From NCBI GenBank assembly GCA_965649055.1, contig CBFGJG010000018.1, positions 1-37,008 of the forward strand: a stretch of DNA of 37,008 bases, in the 5' to 3' direction. Made by a program: the position numbers and the translations under genes. How positions within the stretch are numbered: position 1 is the first letter of the stretch; each line of letters opens with the position of its first letter. Shown here piece after piece: positions 1-8,335 of this stretch. Under the pieces are notes generated by a model. It did no database searches. It had not been told where the DNA came from and saw only the letters and a program-made list of their open reading frames with translations. Origin of the DNA: a candidate division WOR-3 bacterium. Lineage in GTDB: Bacteria > Hydrothermota > UBA3072 > B12-G15.

Positions 1-249
1 CAATGACGACAGAGAAGAAGAAAGGATGGGATTGCCACGCATTCCTGCGGAATGCTCGCAATGACAAATAAGAGGAAGCGGAATGCTCGCAATGACGAGT
101 AAAGGGAATCAAAAGGCTCGCAATGACAAAAGACAAAAGGATGAGATTCTTACAGGTTAGAAAAGAGAAGCAAGAAGCGTGCTAACCTTCGGAATGACAA
201 AAGAGAAGAAGGGAAAGGATGGAATTTGCAGGCTTAAGCCTGCGGCTAC
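1..249. repeat. Cluster of REP-like palindromic repeats: CGTC/TGTC-type units ending in (C/G)AATGAC plus one GTAG-type palindrome
   Basis: Units end in CAATGAC/GAATGAC at 7, 65, 96, 127 and 198. Full unit 21-68 has the hairpin GCATTCC-TGC-GGAATGC. Perfect palindrome GCAGGCTTAAGCCTGC at 228-243 is followed by GGCTAC (GTAGCC on the minus strand). Confidence 0.8.
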
Positions 250-287
250 GAAGTAATTTTTTAACAAAAAATTTTTTTCATTTTTTA

Positions 288-315
288 TTGACAAAAATAT
301 TGTCTTGCATAAAAT
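288..315 (+). promoter_or_regulatory. Sigma70-type promoter, probably leaderless, for the ORF starting at 323
   Basis: TTGACA(288-293)-16 bp-TAAAAT(310-315), then 7 nt to ATG at 323. Confidence 0.5.
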
Positions 316-322
316 CTTGAAA

Positions 323-559
323 ATGGAAATAAAATTAAAAGATAAAGATATAAGAAATGAGATAGTGAAGAAGATAGAAGAACTTAATAATACGAATGTC
401 TTTCTTAACTTTCTGGGAATGTTTATTTCCTGGATTCTGCATTCTGAGGCCATAATAATGAAATTAGGGTTTGTCGTTATTATATCATCCGAATACTGGT
501 TTCTTCCTAAATTCTGTATTATAAGCTCCGATATAACTAATAATTTTTTAACATGTTAA
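323..559 (+). CDS. Small hypothetical protein (MEIKLKDKD...), possibly a fragment
   Basis: ORF track 305..559. ATG at 323 sits at the leaderless position behind a promoter. No family recognised. Confidence 0.3.
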   Translation: MEIKLKDKDIRNEIVKKIEELNNTNVFLNFLGMFISWILHSEAIIMKLGFVVIISSEYWFLPKFCIISSDITNNFLTC

Positions 560-573
560 CAGGAGGTTTAAAA

Positions 574-1161
574 ATGAGAAAAGCAGTCTGGAGGATTACC
601 CCGCGTTGGGAGTGGGATAAAACTAATAAGGTAGTAGTGTTTGCGGTAGATGATATTCTGGACAATTTAAAGAACAACGTTATTAACTATATTAAAGAAC
701 TGCTTAGTGAATTTGGAATACCCTTAGAGGTTATAGACGGAAATTTAGAATATTCCGAGGATTTGTTGATAATCAAAGAAATTTTTTCTAAGTCATTAAA
801 AAATAATAAAATTGATTTTAATGAATTTTATAAACAGTTAAGTGACCATAGAAATATCGGAAAATTACCTTACGGAGTAGTGGTTTTAATCGACAAGAGT
901 AGGTTCGAGTTTCTTGAAGAAAGAGCTATTTACGGAGTAGGCTTTGATGATGGTTTGGTAATCTTGCGGTTTACTCATAAAGAATCAGTAAGACATGAGT
1001 TTGCTCATATGTTGGGATTATTCCATCACGATCCCCCCACTCGAGATTGTATAATGAATTGGGAATGTCCAACATCAGAATTTTGTGTCGAATGTAAAAA
1101 AGAAATACAGGAAATATGGAAATCGGGAAGATTATGGCCAGGGCGGTACAATTTATTATAA
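574..1161 (+). CDS. Zinc metalloprotease, archaemetzincin/M54 (metzincin)-like
   Basis: AGGAGG RBS at 561 before ATG 574; HEFAHMLGLFH zincin motif, CIM Met-turn, C-terminal FCVEC. Confidence 0.75.
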   Translation: MRKAVWRITPRWEWDKTNKVVVFAVDDILDNLKNNVINYIKELLSEFGIPLEVIDGNLEYSEDLLIIKEIFSKSLKNNKIDFNEFYKQLSDHRNIGKLPYGVVVLIDKSRFEFLEERAIYGVGFDDGLVILRFTHKESVRHEFAHMLGLFHHDPPTRDCIMNWECPTSEFCVECKKEIQEIWKSGRLWPGRYNLL

Positions 1162-1226
1162 TTAACATTTAAGTTTTGTCTAAAAATTTTATCATAAATC
1201 TCATCAATTATTATTAAAATTTAAAT

Positions 1227-1559
1227 GTGTCAGGTCTTGACATTTGACAAAAAATCGGGGTCAGTCATAAACTTTCAACTTTTCTTGTAGAAAAGGATGG
1301 GATTGCCACGCATTCCTGCGGAATGCTCGCAATGACAAAAAATGATAATAAAGGTGGCAGGCGTCTATAAAATCGTAACAGAATTTACAGGAAAAATAAA
1401 GTAAGTATTCCAGACATCATAATAACAAATAAAATAAGTCATTGGTATTACCAAAAACATCTTCTTCACCTTAAATTCTTTTATTTAACTTAATTTAAAT
1501 GAGTAAGATAAAACATATATAGGTAAGGCCTATTTTTGTCACATGTCAAGACCTGACAC
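1227..1559. mobile_element. Non-autonomous MITE/REPIN-like element with 27-bp terminal inverted repeats
   Basis: GTGTCAGGTCTTGACATTTGACAAAAA (1227-1253) matches the reverse complement of 1533-1559 at 26/27 positions; no transposase inside. Confidence 0.65.
1292..1339 (+). repeat. Second copy of the REP-like palindrome unit
   Basis: 48 bp identical to 21-68: AAAGGATGGGATTGCCACGCATTCCTGCGGAATGCTCGCAATGACAAA. Confidence 0.9.
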
Positions 1560-1717
1560 CGTTTATTTTTCAAAAACTACTCCACTCTTAATTAGCGCAA
1601 ATTCATAATAAATATTGTATCCACCACCGATATCAAAAAAAGAAAGATTATACAGGTTTTTTGCATTAACAACACAAAAAATAAAAAGGAAAAAATATAA
1701 TTTCCTCATAATATCTC

Positions 1718-2635
1718 CTATTTTAACAATCCATTCCTTGAAAAACTGTAAAAATCTTCAACATTCCTACCGATTATTATATGGTCCAAAACCCTTATTC
1801 CTGCAATCTCAAGGATTTCTTTTATTCTATGCGTGAGATTGATATCATCTTCTGATGGTATTGGTTCTCCTGAAGGATGATTGTGTATTAATATTACTGA
1901 TGATGCTGTCTTCAAGGATGCCAACTTTAGTATCTCTTTTGGATCAACTATTGTTCCATAAACAGAACCTTTGCTTATCTCTATCTTATCCAGAATTTTA
2001 TTCTTTATATCAAGAAGGATAACATAGAAAAATTCTTTATCCTCGTCCCTTAAATAAGGATAAAATACATCTTTAACGAACAAAATAACATCCTCGGGTT
2101 TCCTTATCTTTACTTCTTTTTTTAATTCTTCCCGTATAAATCTTCTTCCAATTTCAAATGCAGCCTTAATCTGTGCAATTTTGGCAATTCCAAGTCCTTC
2201 AATCTTCAAAAGTTCTTCAACAGGTGCTTTGTCTATCTCCCTTAAATTCTTATATTTCCCCATTATTTGTGCTGCTAAACCCTGGGCACTCTTTGAACGT
2301 GTTCCTGTCCTTAACAGTATTGAAAGAAGTTGAATATTTGTTAAATTCTCAGCTCCTTCTTGAATAAGTCTTTCCCTTGGTCTTTCTTCTTTAGACCACT
2401 CTTTGATAGGTTTTTTACCTTTACTCTTTCTATTCTGATTTATCTCATCCTTTACCCTTTTTACATCTTCCTCATTTTTTATATTTAAAATATTAATAAT
2501 TTCACTTTCAATACTATCACTTAACAAATTCTTCTTTTTTCCTATAAGATAAATCTTTTTATTTTTGTTTATTGCGGGATATATTGAATTATCTGATAAA
2601 AATTCAATTGTCTCATTGTAATCTTTAAACGCCAT
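1718..2635 (-). CDS. radC: RadC family (JAB/MPN domain) protein with an N-terminal extension
   Basis: ERPRERL, LLRTG, HhH IEGLGIAK, HNHPSG..PSEDD and LDHIII motifs. Confidence 0.93.
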   Translation of the reverse strand: MAFKDYNETIEFLSDNSIYPAINKNKKIYLIGKKKNLLSDSIESEIINILNIKNEEDVKRVKDEINQNRKSKGKKPIKEWSKEERPRERLIQEGAENLTNIQLLSILLRTGTRSKSAQGLAAQIMGKYKNLREIDKAPVEELLKIEGLGIAKIAQIKAAFEIGRRFIREELKKEVKIRKPEDVILFVKDVFYPYLRDEDKEFFYVILLDIKNKILDKIEISKGSVYGTIVDPKEILKLASLKTASSVILIHNHPSGEPIPSEDDINLTHRIKEILEIAGIRVLDHIIIGRNVEDFYSFSRNGLLK

Positions 2636-2641
2636 ATTTTT

Positions 2642-2670
2642 ATTTTAAAAAAACATAGATTCATTGTCAA
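2642..2670 (-). promoter_or_regulatory. Leaderless sigma70-type promoter of radC
   Basis: Minus strand TTGACA-17-TAAAAT, then 6 nt to ATG. Confidence 0.55.
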
Positions 2671-2698
2671 GCAATTAAATTACTCTATATTTTATGTC

Positions 2699-2726
2699 TT
2701 GACAATCTCAATAAGGGAACTATTAT
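2699..2726 (+). promoter_or_regulatory. Sigma70-type promoter of the alpha-2-macroglobulin gene
   Basis: TTGACA-16-TATTAT, followed by an AAGGAGG RBS before ATG 2749. Confidence 0.55.
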
Positions 2727-2748
2727 AAATGGATAAAAAGGAGGAAGT

Positions 2749-5700
2749 ATGCTTATATTCTTTTTATTAAATTTACAGGAATTAAGATTGACTATTCCTG
2801 TGTCAAAAACAGATGGTGATTCTGGAAGTTTAATTGTGAAAGTTTTAGATGAGAATGATAATGTTGTTGGTAATTTTTCAAAATTCGTAAGGATTTCCAA
2901 AGATATAGAATACATAAATTTTAACATCAAGATAAAAGATAGAGATGTTGATCTTTTAAGGGTAAAGGTTTTATTCAACAAAAAGGAGAAGATTTATTCT
3001 GTCTATAAACTTATTGATAAGATGATTGTGAATATCTTAGGACAGGATGAATTTATAAAAGGAACTGATATCAGACACAGGATTATTGTAAAAAATATGA
3101 GAAATGACGCACCTTTAAATAATGCAAATGTCAAAGTTCTTTTAGATGGAAAGATTGTATTTCAGGGTTTCACAAATTCTCAAGGAATAGTTAATTCTTC
3201 ATTTAAGGTTAACGAAAATATAAAAGAAGGTGAATTAAAATTTGAAATATCTTCTATATTCGGGAATGAAACATTCACAAGGAAGATTAAGATTTTTTCA
3301 GGTTATACAACATACCTTATAACAGATAAACCTATCTATCAACCTGAGCAGGTTATACATATTCGTTCATTGACATTAAAAAAACCGGATCTTAAAGCGG
3401 TTTCAGATGAAGAGGTTATTTTTGAAGTAGAAGATAGCAAAGGAAATAAAGTATTCAAAAAAAGAATGAAGACCGATAAATTTGGGGTTGCAAGCACTGA
3501 TTTTACATTGGCAGATGAAGTAAATCTTGGAGATTATACTATCAGGGTAATAATTGGTGATGAAACTGTTGAAAAAACAGTTAAAGTTTCAAGATATGTT
3601 CTTCCAAAATTCAAGGTTGAATTGAAAACCGATAAGGAATATTATCTTCCTGGTGAAGAGCTCGAAGGAACAATAACTGCTGAATACTTCTTTGGGAAGC
3701 CTGTAACAGATGGAAATGTCAAGATTAATGTGTATAAATTTGATATAGGATTTACTTTGATAGAAGAGATAAAAGGAAAACTTGATAAAAATGGCCTATT
3801 TAATTTCAGATACAAACTACCGGATTATTTTGTTGGTGAACCTCTTGATAAAGGTGATGCGTTTGTTCGTTTTGAAGTAGAGGTAGAAGATAATGCAAAA
3901 CATACAGAAAAAATAGATGTAAAAAAGATTATCAAAAGAAACAACATAGATATATATGTGATACCTGAAGGTGGAGAATTTAAAAAGAATCTGCAAAACA
4001 GTTTTTATGTCCTTGTAACATATCCGGATGGAAAACCCTGTCTTTCAAGTGTTTCAGTTTACCTGAAAGACAGAAAATTTGAAAAAAATACAGATTCACT
4101 TGGTATTGCAAAATTCCAGTTCACACCAAAGGAAGACACCCTTGAAATGAGGATTGAAATAAAAGATAAAAAGGGGAATGTTGCCAAGATTCAAAAGAAA
4201 TTCGGAACAGGTAAAGATGAACAGGTTATGATGATTCTTGATAAAGGTGTTTATAAGGTAGGTAATATTCTGAACGTTAGATTCATTTCAACAAAAAAAT
4301 CTGGAAGATTATATTTTGATGTAGTTAAGGATAATCAGACACAACTTTTAAAAACCCTGGATTTGGTTGATGGAAAATCACAGGTTTCTTTAAATCTTAC
4401 AAGTGAACTTTCAGGTTCAATCTGGTTACATTCTTACATTGTAACAAAAGAAGGTTTTATCTTAAGGGATTCAAGGTTTATATTTGTTGAACCACAGAAT
4501 GAATTGAATATAACGATGGATAAAGATAAAAAAGAGTATCTTCCAGGTGAAAATGGTGTGCTAACCTTTAATGTCAGGGACAAAAGAGGTTTACCTGTTA
4601 TTTCTTCACTATGTATTGCAATAGTTGATGAAGCAGTATTTGCAGTATCAGAATTAAGGCCTGGGCTTGAAAAGATTTACTTTTTACTTGAAGAAGAAAT
4701 CCTAAAACCAAGATACGAAATACATAACTTCAAGATGGAAAGAGTAGTTCAGGAAGAGATAAAACCAGAGATTCAGAAGATAATGTTTTCAACACTTTCA
4801 CCGAAAGAACCATTCAAGATAAATTACAGAACAAAAATAGACCTAACAAAATTGAAAGAAACATATATTACAAGGTTGTATCAATTGAACGACAAAATTT
4901 ATACTGCTATAAACAAATATTATGATAAATATAGAGAATATCCAAAATCAAAAGATATTGTCAAAACATTTTTAAAAGAAGGATTCTTGAAGGAAAAAGA
5001 TTTAAAAGACCCGTGGGGAAATAATTACAAGATCTTTAATGAAGATGAATATTTCACATATGTTGGGAATATAATTTCTGCAGGACCTGATGGCATCTTT
5101 GATACTGATGATGATATTAATTTGAACCTTTACGAAAGGGAAAGATTCAAAGAAGAAGGTATTATGATGTTTAAAACTATGGGTGCAATGGAAAAAGAAA
5201 TGATAATCCCGGGGCCTGTTGATAAAATGAGGAATGGTGGGAAAGAAGAACCAAGGATAAGGGAATACTTTCCTGAAACATTCATATTTGAACCTGCTTT
5301 AATAACAGATAAAAATGGCACAGCAAGGATAGAAGTAAAGATGCCTGATGCTATAACAACATGGAGGGTTACTGGATTTGGTTCAACAACCACAGGTAGT
5401 CTTGGTTCTTTCACTTCGAGTATCCGTGTCTTCCAGGATTTCTTCGTTGATATAGACCTCCCAATATACCTAACAGATGGCGATGAGATATCAATACCTG
5501 TTGCCATTTACAATTATCTACCAAGAGAACAGAAGATTAAAATAGTCTTTGAAAAAGATGATTGGTTTGAATTTCTTGAAAACAACATAATAGAAAGAAC
5601 ACTGAAGAAAGATGAGGTTTCTGTTGAATACTTCCCTATAAAGATAAAAAAGATTGGATATTTTCCCCTTCTTGTAAAGGCTTATGGAGAAGTTAAATCA

Positions 5701-7344
5701 GACGCAATTAAAAGATTTATAAGGGTTTTACCTGATGGAAAGAGATTCGAAAATATAATATCCGAAAGACTTACTGGTGATGTAACAAAAAAGATAGTTT
5801 TTCCGAAGGATGCAATAAAAGATGGAAATACATTAATACTAAAAATATATCCCGGAATTTTTTCCCAGGTTGTTGATGGTCTTGATAAGATGTTAAGGAT
5901 GCCTTTTGGCTGTTTTGAACAGACATCTTCTGTTACATACCCGAATATCTTAATCCTAAAATATCTAAGGGATACAAAGCAGATAAAAACTGATATTGAG
6001 ATGAAGGCGGAAGAATATATAAGCATAGGTTATCAGAGACTCATTTCTTATGAAGTAAAATCAGGTGGTTTTTCTTGGTTCGGGAACGAACCTGCAAATA
6101 AAATTTTGACTGCTTATGGTCTTATGGAATTTTTTGATATGAGCAAGGTTTTTGATGTTGATATGAGTGTGATTGAAAGGACCAAAGATTGGCTAAAATC
6201 AAAACAGAATAATGATGGTTCCTGGTCAAAGGATGAAGAATACCTTCATGCTGAATCCTGGGGAAGGATACAGAAAACAAATATCCTACCTACTGCATAC
6301 ATTGTCTGGGCTCTATCTGAAATTGGTGATAAATCAGATGCAGTAAAGAAAGGACTAAATTATATTTATAATAACTTAAAAGATGTAAAAGACCCTTATA
6401 CCTTATCCATCATTGCAAATGCACTTGTTTCAGCAGACCCGAAGAATGAGAAAACAGCTGAAGTCTTGAAAACACTTATATCTCTTGGGAAGGAAAGTAA
6501 GGATGAAATATACTGGGAATCCGAAATGCCAACTATAACATATTCAAAAGGGAATGGCGCTGATATAGAGGCAACAGGACTTGCAATATACGCCTTAATA
6601 AAATCAGGGAAATACGGAAATATAATAACAAAGGGATTAAATTATCTTATAAAAAGCAAGGATACAAATGGTATGTGGTTAACAACACAGGGGACAATTA
6701 TTGCATTGAAATGCTTTGTTGCATCATTGGGGAACAGTGTTGAAGATGCAAATGCAACAATAATTGTAAATCTTAATGGAAAGAAGGTAAAAGAAATAAA
6801 TATCAATAAAGATAATATAGATATTGTTCAGCAGATAAACTTTGATAACATAAAGGAAGAGAACGATGTTGAGATAAAACTAAAAGGGGAAGGTAATTTC
6901 TTATACGAATTAACTTCTTATTATTATATCCCTTGGAAACTAATTCCAAAACCACCTTTACCTTTGTTTGATATAAAGGTAGAATACGATAAGACCGAAC
7001 TTGAAATGAACGACCTCGTTAAGGTGAATGTGAATTGCATATTGAAAAAAGAAGGAAAAGCACAGATGGTTATTATTGACCTTGGAATACCACCTGGTTT
7101 CAGTGTCCTTACACCTTCACTTGATGAGATTGTTGGAAAGAAGATACAGAAATACAATCTTACACCAAGACAGATAATTGTGTATGTGGATGAGATTGAT
7201 TCAAAAAAGCCACTTGAATTCTCTTATATGATGAAGGCAAAATATCCTATTAAAGCAAAAAGCCCAACTTCAAGGGTCTATGAATATTACAATACCGAAC
7301 AGGAATGTATTATCGAACCAGTTGAATTGAAAGTAAGAAAATAG
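2749..7344 (+). CDS. Alpha-2-macroglobulin/thioester-containing protein with an inserted GspG-like domain
   Basis: MG2 signature TDKPIYQP, YVLPKF, REYFPET, MPDAITTW, thioester GCFEQ (5908-5922), GGFSWFG, C-terminal receptor-binding-type YEYY. Confidence 0.93.
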   Translation: MLIFFLLNLQELRLTIPVSKTDGDSGSLIVKVLDENDNVVGNFSKFVRISKDIEYINFNIKIKDRDVDLLRVKVLFNKKEKIYSVYKLIDKMIVNILGQDEFIKGTDIRHRIIVKNMRNDAPLNNANVKVLLDGKIVFQGFTNSQGIVNSSFKVNENIKEGELKFEISSIFGNETFTRKIKIFSGYTTYLITDKPIYQPEQVIHIRSLTLKKPDLKAVSDEEVIFEVEDSKGNKVFKKRMKTDKFGVASTDFTLADEVNLGDYTIRVIIGDETVEKTVKVSRYVLPKFKVELKTDKEYYLPGEELEGTITAEYFFGKPVTDGNVKINVYKFDIGFTLIEEIKGKLDKNGLFNFRYKLPDYFVGEPLDKGDAFVRFEVEVEDNAKHTEKIDVKKIIKRNNIDIYVIPEGGEFKKNLQNSFYVLVTYPDGKPCLSSVSVYLKDRKFEKNTDSLGIAKFQFTPKEDTLEMRIEIKDKKGNVAKIQKKFGTGKDEQVMMILDKGVYKVGNILNVRFISTKKSGRLYFDVVKDNQTQLLKTLDLVDGKSQVSLNLTSELSGSIWLHSYIVTKEGFILRDSRFIFVEPQNELNITMDKDKKEYLPGENGVLTFNVRDKRGLPVISSLCIAIVDEAVFAVSELRPGLEKIYFLLEEEILKPRYEIHNFKMERVVQEEIKPEIQKIMFSTLSPKEPFKINYRTKIDLTKLKETYITRLYQLNDKIYTAINKYYDKYREYPKSKDIVKTFLKEGFLKEKDLKDPWGNNYKIFNEDEYFTYVGNIISAGPDGIFDTDDDINLNLYERERFKEEGIMMFKTMGAMEKEMIIPGPVDKMRNGGKEEPRIREYFPETFIFEPALITDKNGTARIEVKMPDAITTWRVTGFGSTTTGSLGSFTSSIRVFQDFFVDIDLPIYLTDGDEISIPVAIYNYLPREQKIKIVFEKDDWFEFLENNIIERTLKKDEVSVEYFPIKIKKIGYFPLLVKAYGEVKSDAIKRFIRVLPDGKRFENIISERLTGDVTKKIVFPKDAIKDGNTLILKIYPGIFSQVVDGLDKMLRMPFGCFEQTSSVTYPNILILKYLRDTKQIKTDIEMKAEEYISIGYQRLISYEVKSGGFSWFGNEPANKILTAYGLMEFFDMSKVFDVDMSVIERTKDWLKSKQNNDGSWSKDEEYLHAESWGRIQKTNILPTAYIVWALSEIGDKSDAVKKGLNYIYNNLKDVKDPYTLSIIANALVSADPKNEKTAEVLKTLISLGKESKDEIYWESEMPTITYSKGNGADIEATGLAIYALIKSGKYGNIITKGLNYLIKSKDTNGMWLTTQGTIIALKCFVASLGNSVEDANATIIVNLNGKKVKEININKDNIDIVQQINFDNIKEENDVEIKLKGEGNFLYELTSYYYIPWKLIPKPPLPLFDIKVEYDKTELEMNDLVKVNVNCILKKEGKAQMVIIDLGIPPGFSVLTPSLDEIVGKKIQKYNLTPRQIIVYVDEIDSKKPLEFSYMMKAKYPIKAKSPTSRVYEYYNTEQECIIEPVELKVRK

Positions 7345-8292
7345 GGGTCAGCCTTCTCATTTCTCACATATAAATTTATCAAATTCCTTTAATATTTTCT
7401 CTGATTTAGTTGATTTATAAATTCTGTGTGCTGTCTTTAAATTCAAACCTGTTAAATCTTCTATTTCTTTAAATGTCATATGAAGTCTATCTCTTAAAAT
7501 TATTATTGCTTTATCTCTTACTCCTTTATCTTTTATGGGTGAATCAAAAATCCTTTTGAAGTATTCTTCAACATCCTTAACAGTTATTTTATTCCTTGAT
7601 GAACCATTTCCCCTTTTCTGTAAGCCTATTTTTTCCAAAACACTATTGACAAAATTATCATCACCATAAAATGATATAGCACCATACCTTTTTGATACCA
7701 AATTTTCTTTTAACTCTATCATTTCATCGGAAAATATTTGATTACCGAATTCATTTATCAACACCTCATAATCTAAAATACCTCTATCTTTAGAATTATA
7801 TTCAATATAACTGCTCCATAAATATTCTCTTGGATTTTTACATATTCCTGCCTTGACAGGATTTAAATGGATATATCTAATCAGTGTCACCAGATAATTA
7901 TCTTTATCAACCAGAATACTTTTATACCTGTCTTGTAATAGATGACCTACCAGACCCCATCTCTTATTAAAATACTGAACATAATTAGTAAGTAGTTGCG
8001 CCATAAATCTGCTTATATGAATTTCTCCTGATTCAACAAGAAGATGACAATGATTCTTCATCAGACAATAGGCATATATCCTGATCTTCTTTTTTTCTTT
8101 ATTTCTTTTCAACAATTCAAGAAATTTTAAATAATCCTTTTTATCTCTAAATATTGCTTGCTTTCTATTACCTCTGAATATTATATGATGTATTGCACCA
8201 GGATAATCTACCCTTAATGGCCTTGCCATAATTTTATTATAATAATTTTCATATAAAAATCAAGAAATATGAGAAATGAGAAGGCTGACCCC
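7344..8292. mobile_element. TIR-flanked Y1/HUH transposase element (TIRtron-like)
   Basis: Perfect 23-bp inverted repeats GGGGTCAGCCTTCTCATTTCTCA at 7344-7366 and 8270-8292 enclose a single transposase gene. Confidence 0.85.
7357..8229 (-). CDS. REP-associated tyrosine transposase-like (Y1_Tnp, HUH) protein with a C-terminal HTH
   Basis: MARPLR..YPGA.HH...RGN, AYCLMKNHCHLL (HUH), catalytic YIHLNPVKAG, WSSY, and HTH-like MTFKEIEDLTGLNLKTAHRIY. Confidence 0.92.
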   Translation of the reverse strand: MARPLRVDYPGAIHHIIFRGNRKQAIFRDKKDYLKFLELLKRNKEKKKIRIYAYCLMKNHCHLLVESGEIHISRFMAQLLTNYVQYFNKRWGLVGHLLQDRYKSILVDKDNYLVTLIRYIHLNPVKAGICKNPREYLWSSYIEYNSKDRGILDYEVLINEFGNQIFSDEMIELKENLVSKRYGAISFYGDDNFVNSVLEKIGLQKRGNGSSRNKITVKDVEEYFKRIFDSPIKDKGVRDKAIIILRDRLHMTFKEIEDLTGLNLKTAHRIYKSTKSEKILKEFDKFICEK

Positions 8293-8301
8293 AATATTTA
8301 C

Positions 8302-8329
8302 TTGAAAAAAATAAGAATGCTTATATAAT
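8302..8329 (+). promoter_or_regulatory. Leaderless promoter of the rtcB operon
   Basis: TTGAAA-16-TATAAT, then 6 nt to ATG 8336; no SD. Confidence 0.55.
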
Positions 8330-8335
8330 TATATT

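Noticed and set aside
1..249. CRISPR array
   Set aside because: Repeat units differ in length and sequence, spacing is irregular (58/31/31/71), spacers are low-complexity purine runs, and there are no cas genes; REP-like palindromes fit better.
7357..8229. IS200/IS605 element with TnpB/IscB
   Set aside because: No RuvC-type ORF is adjacent and there is no room for an omega/reRNA; the protein is the longer RAYT-like type with TIRs.
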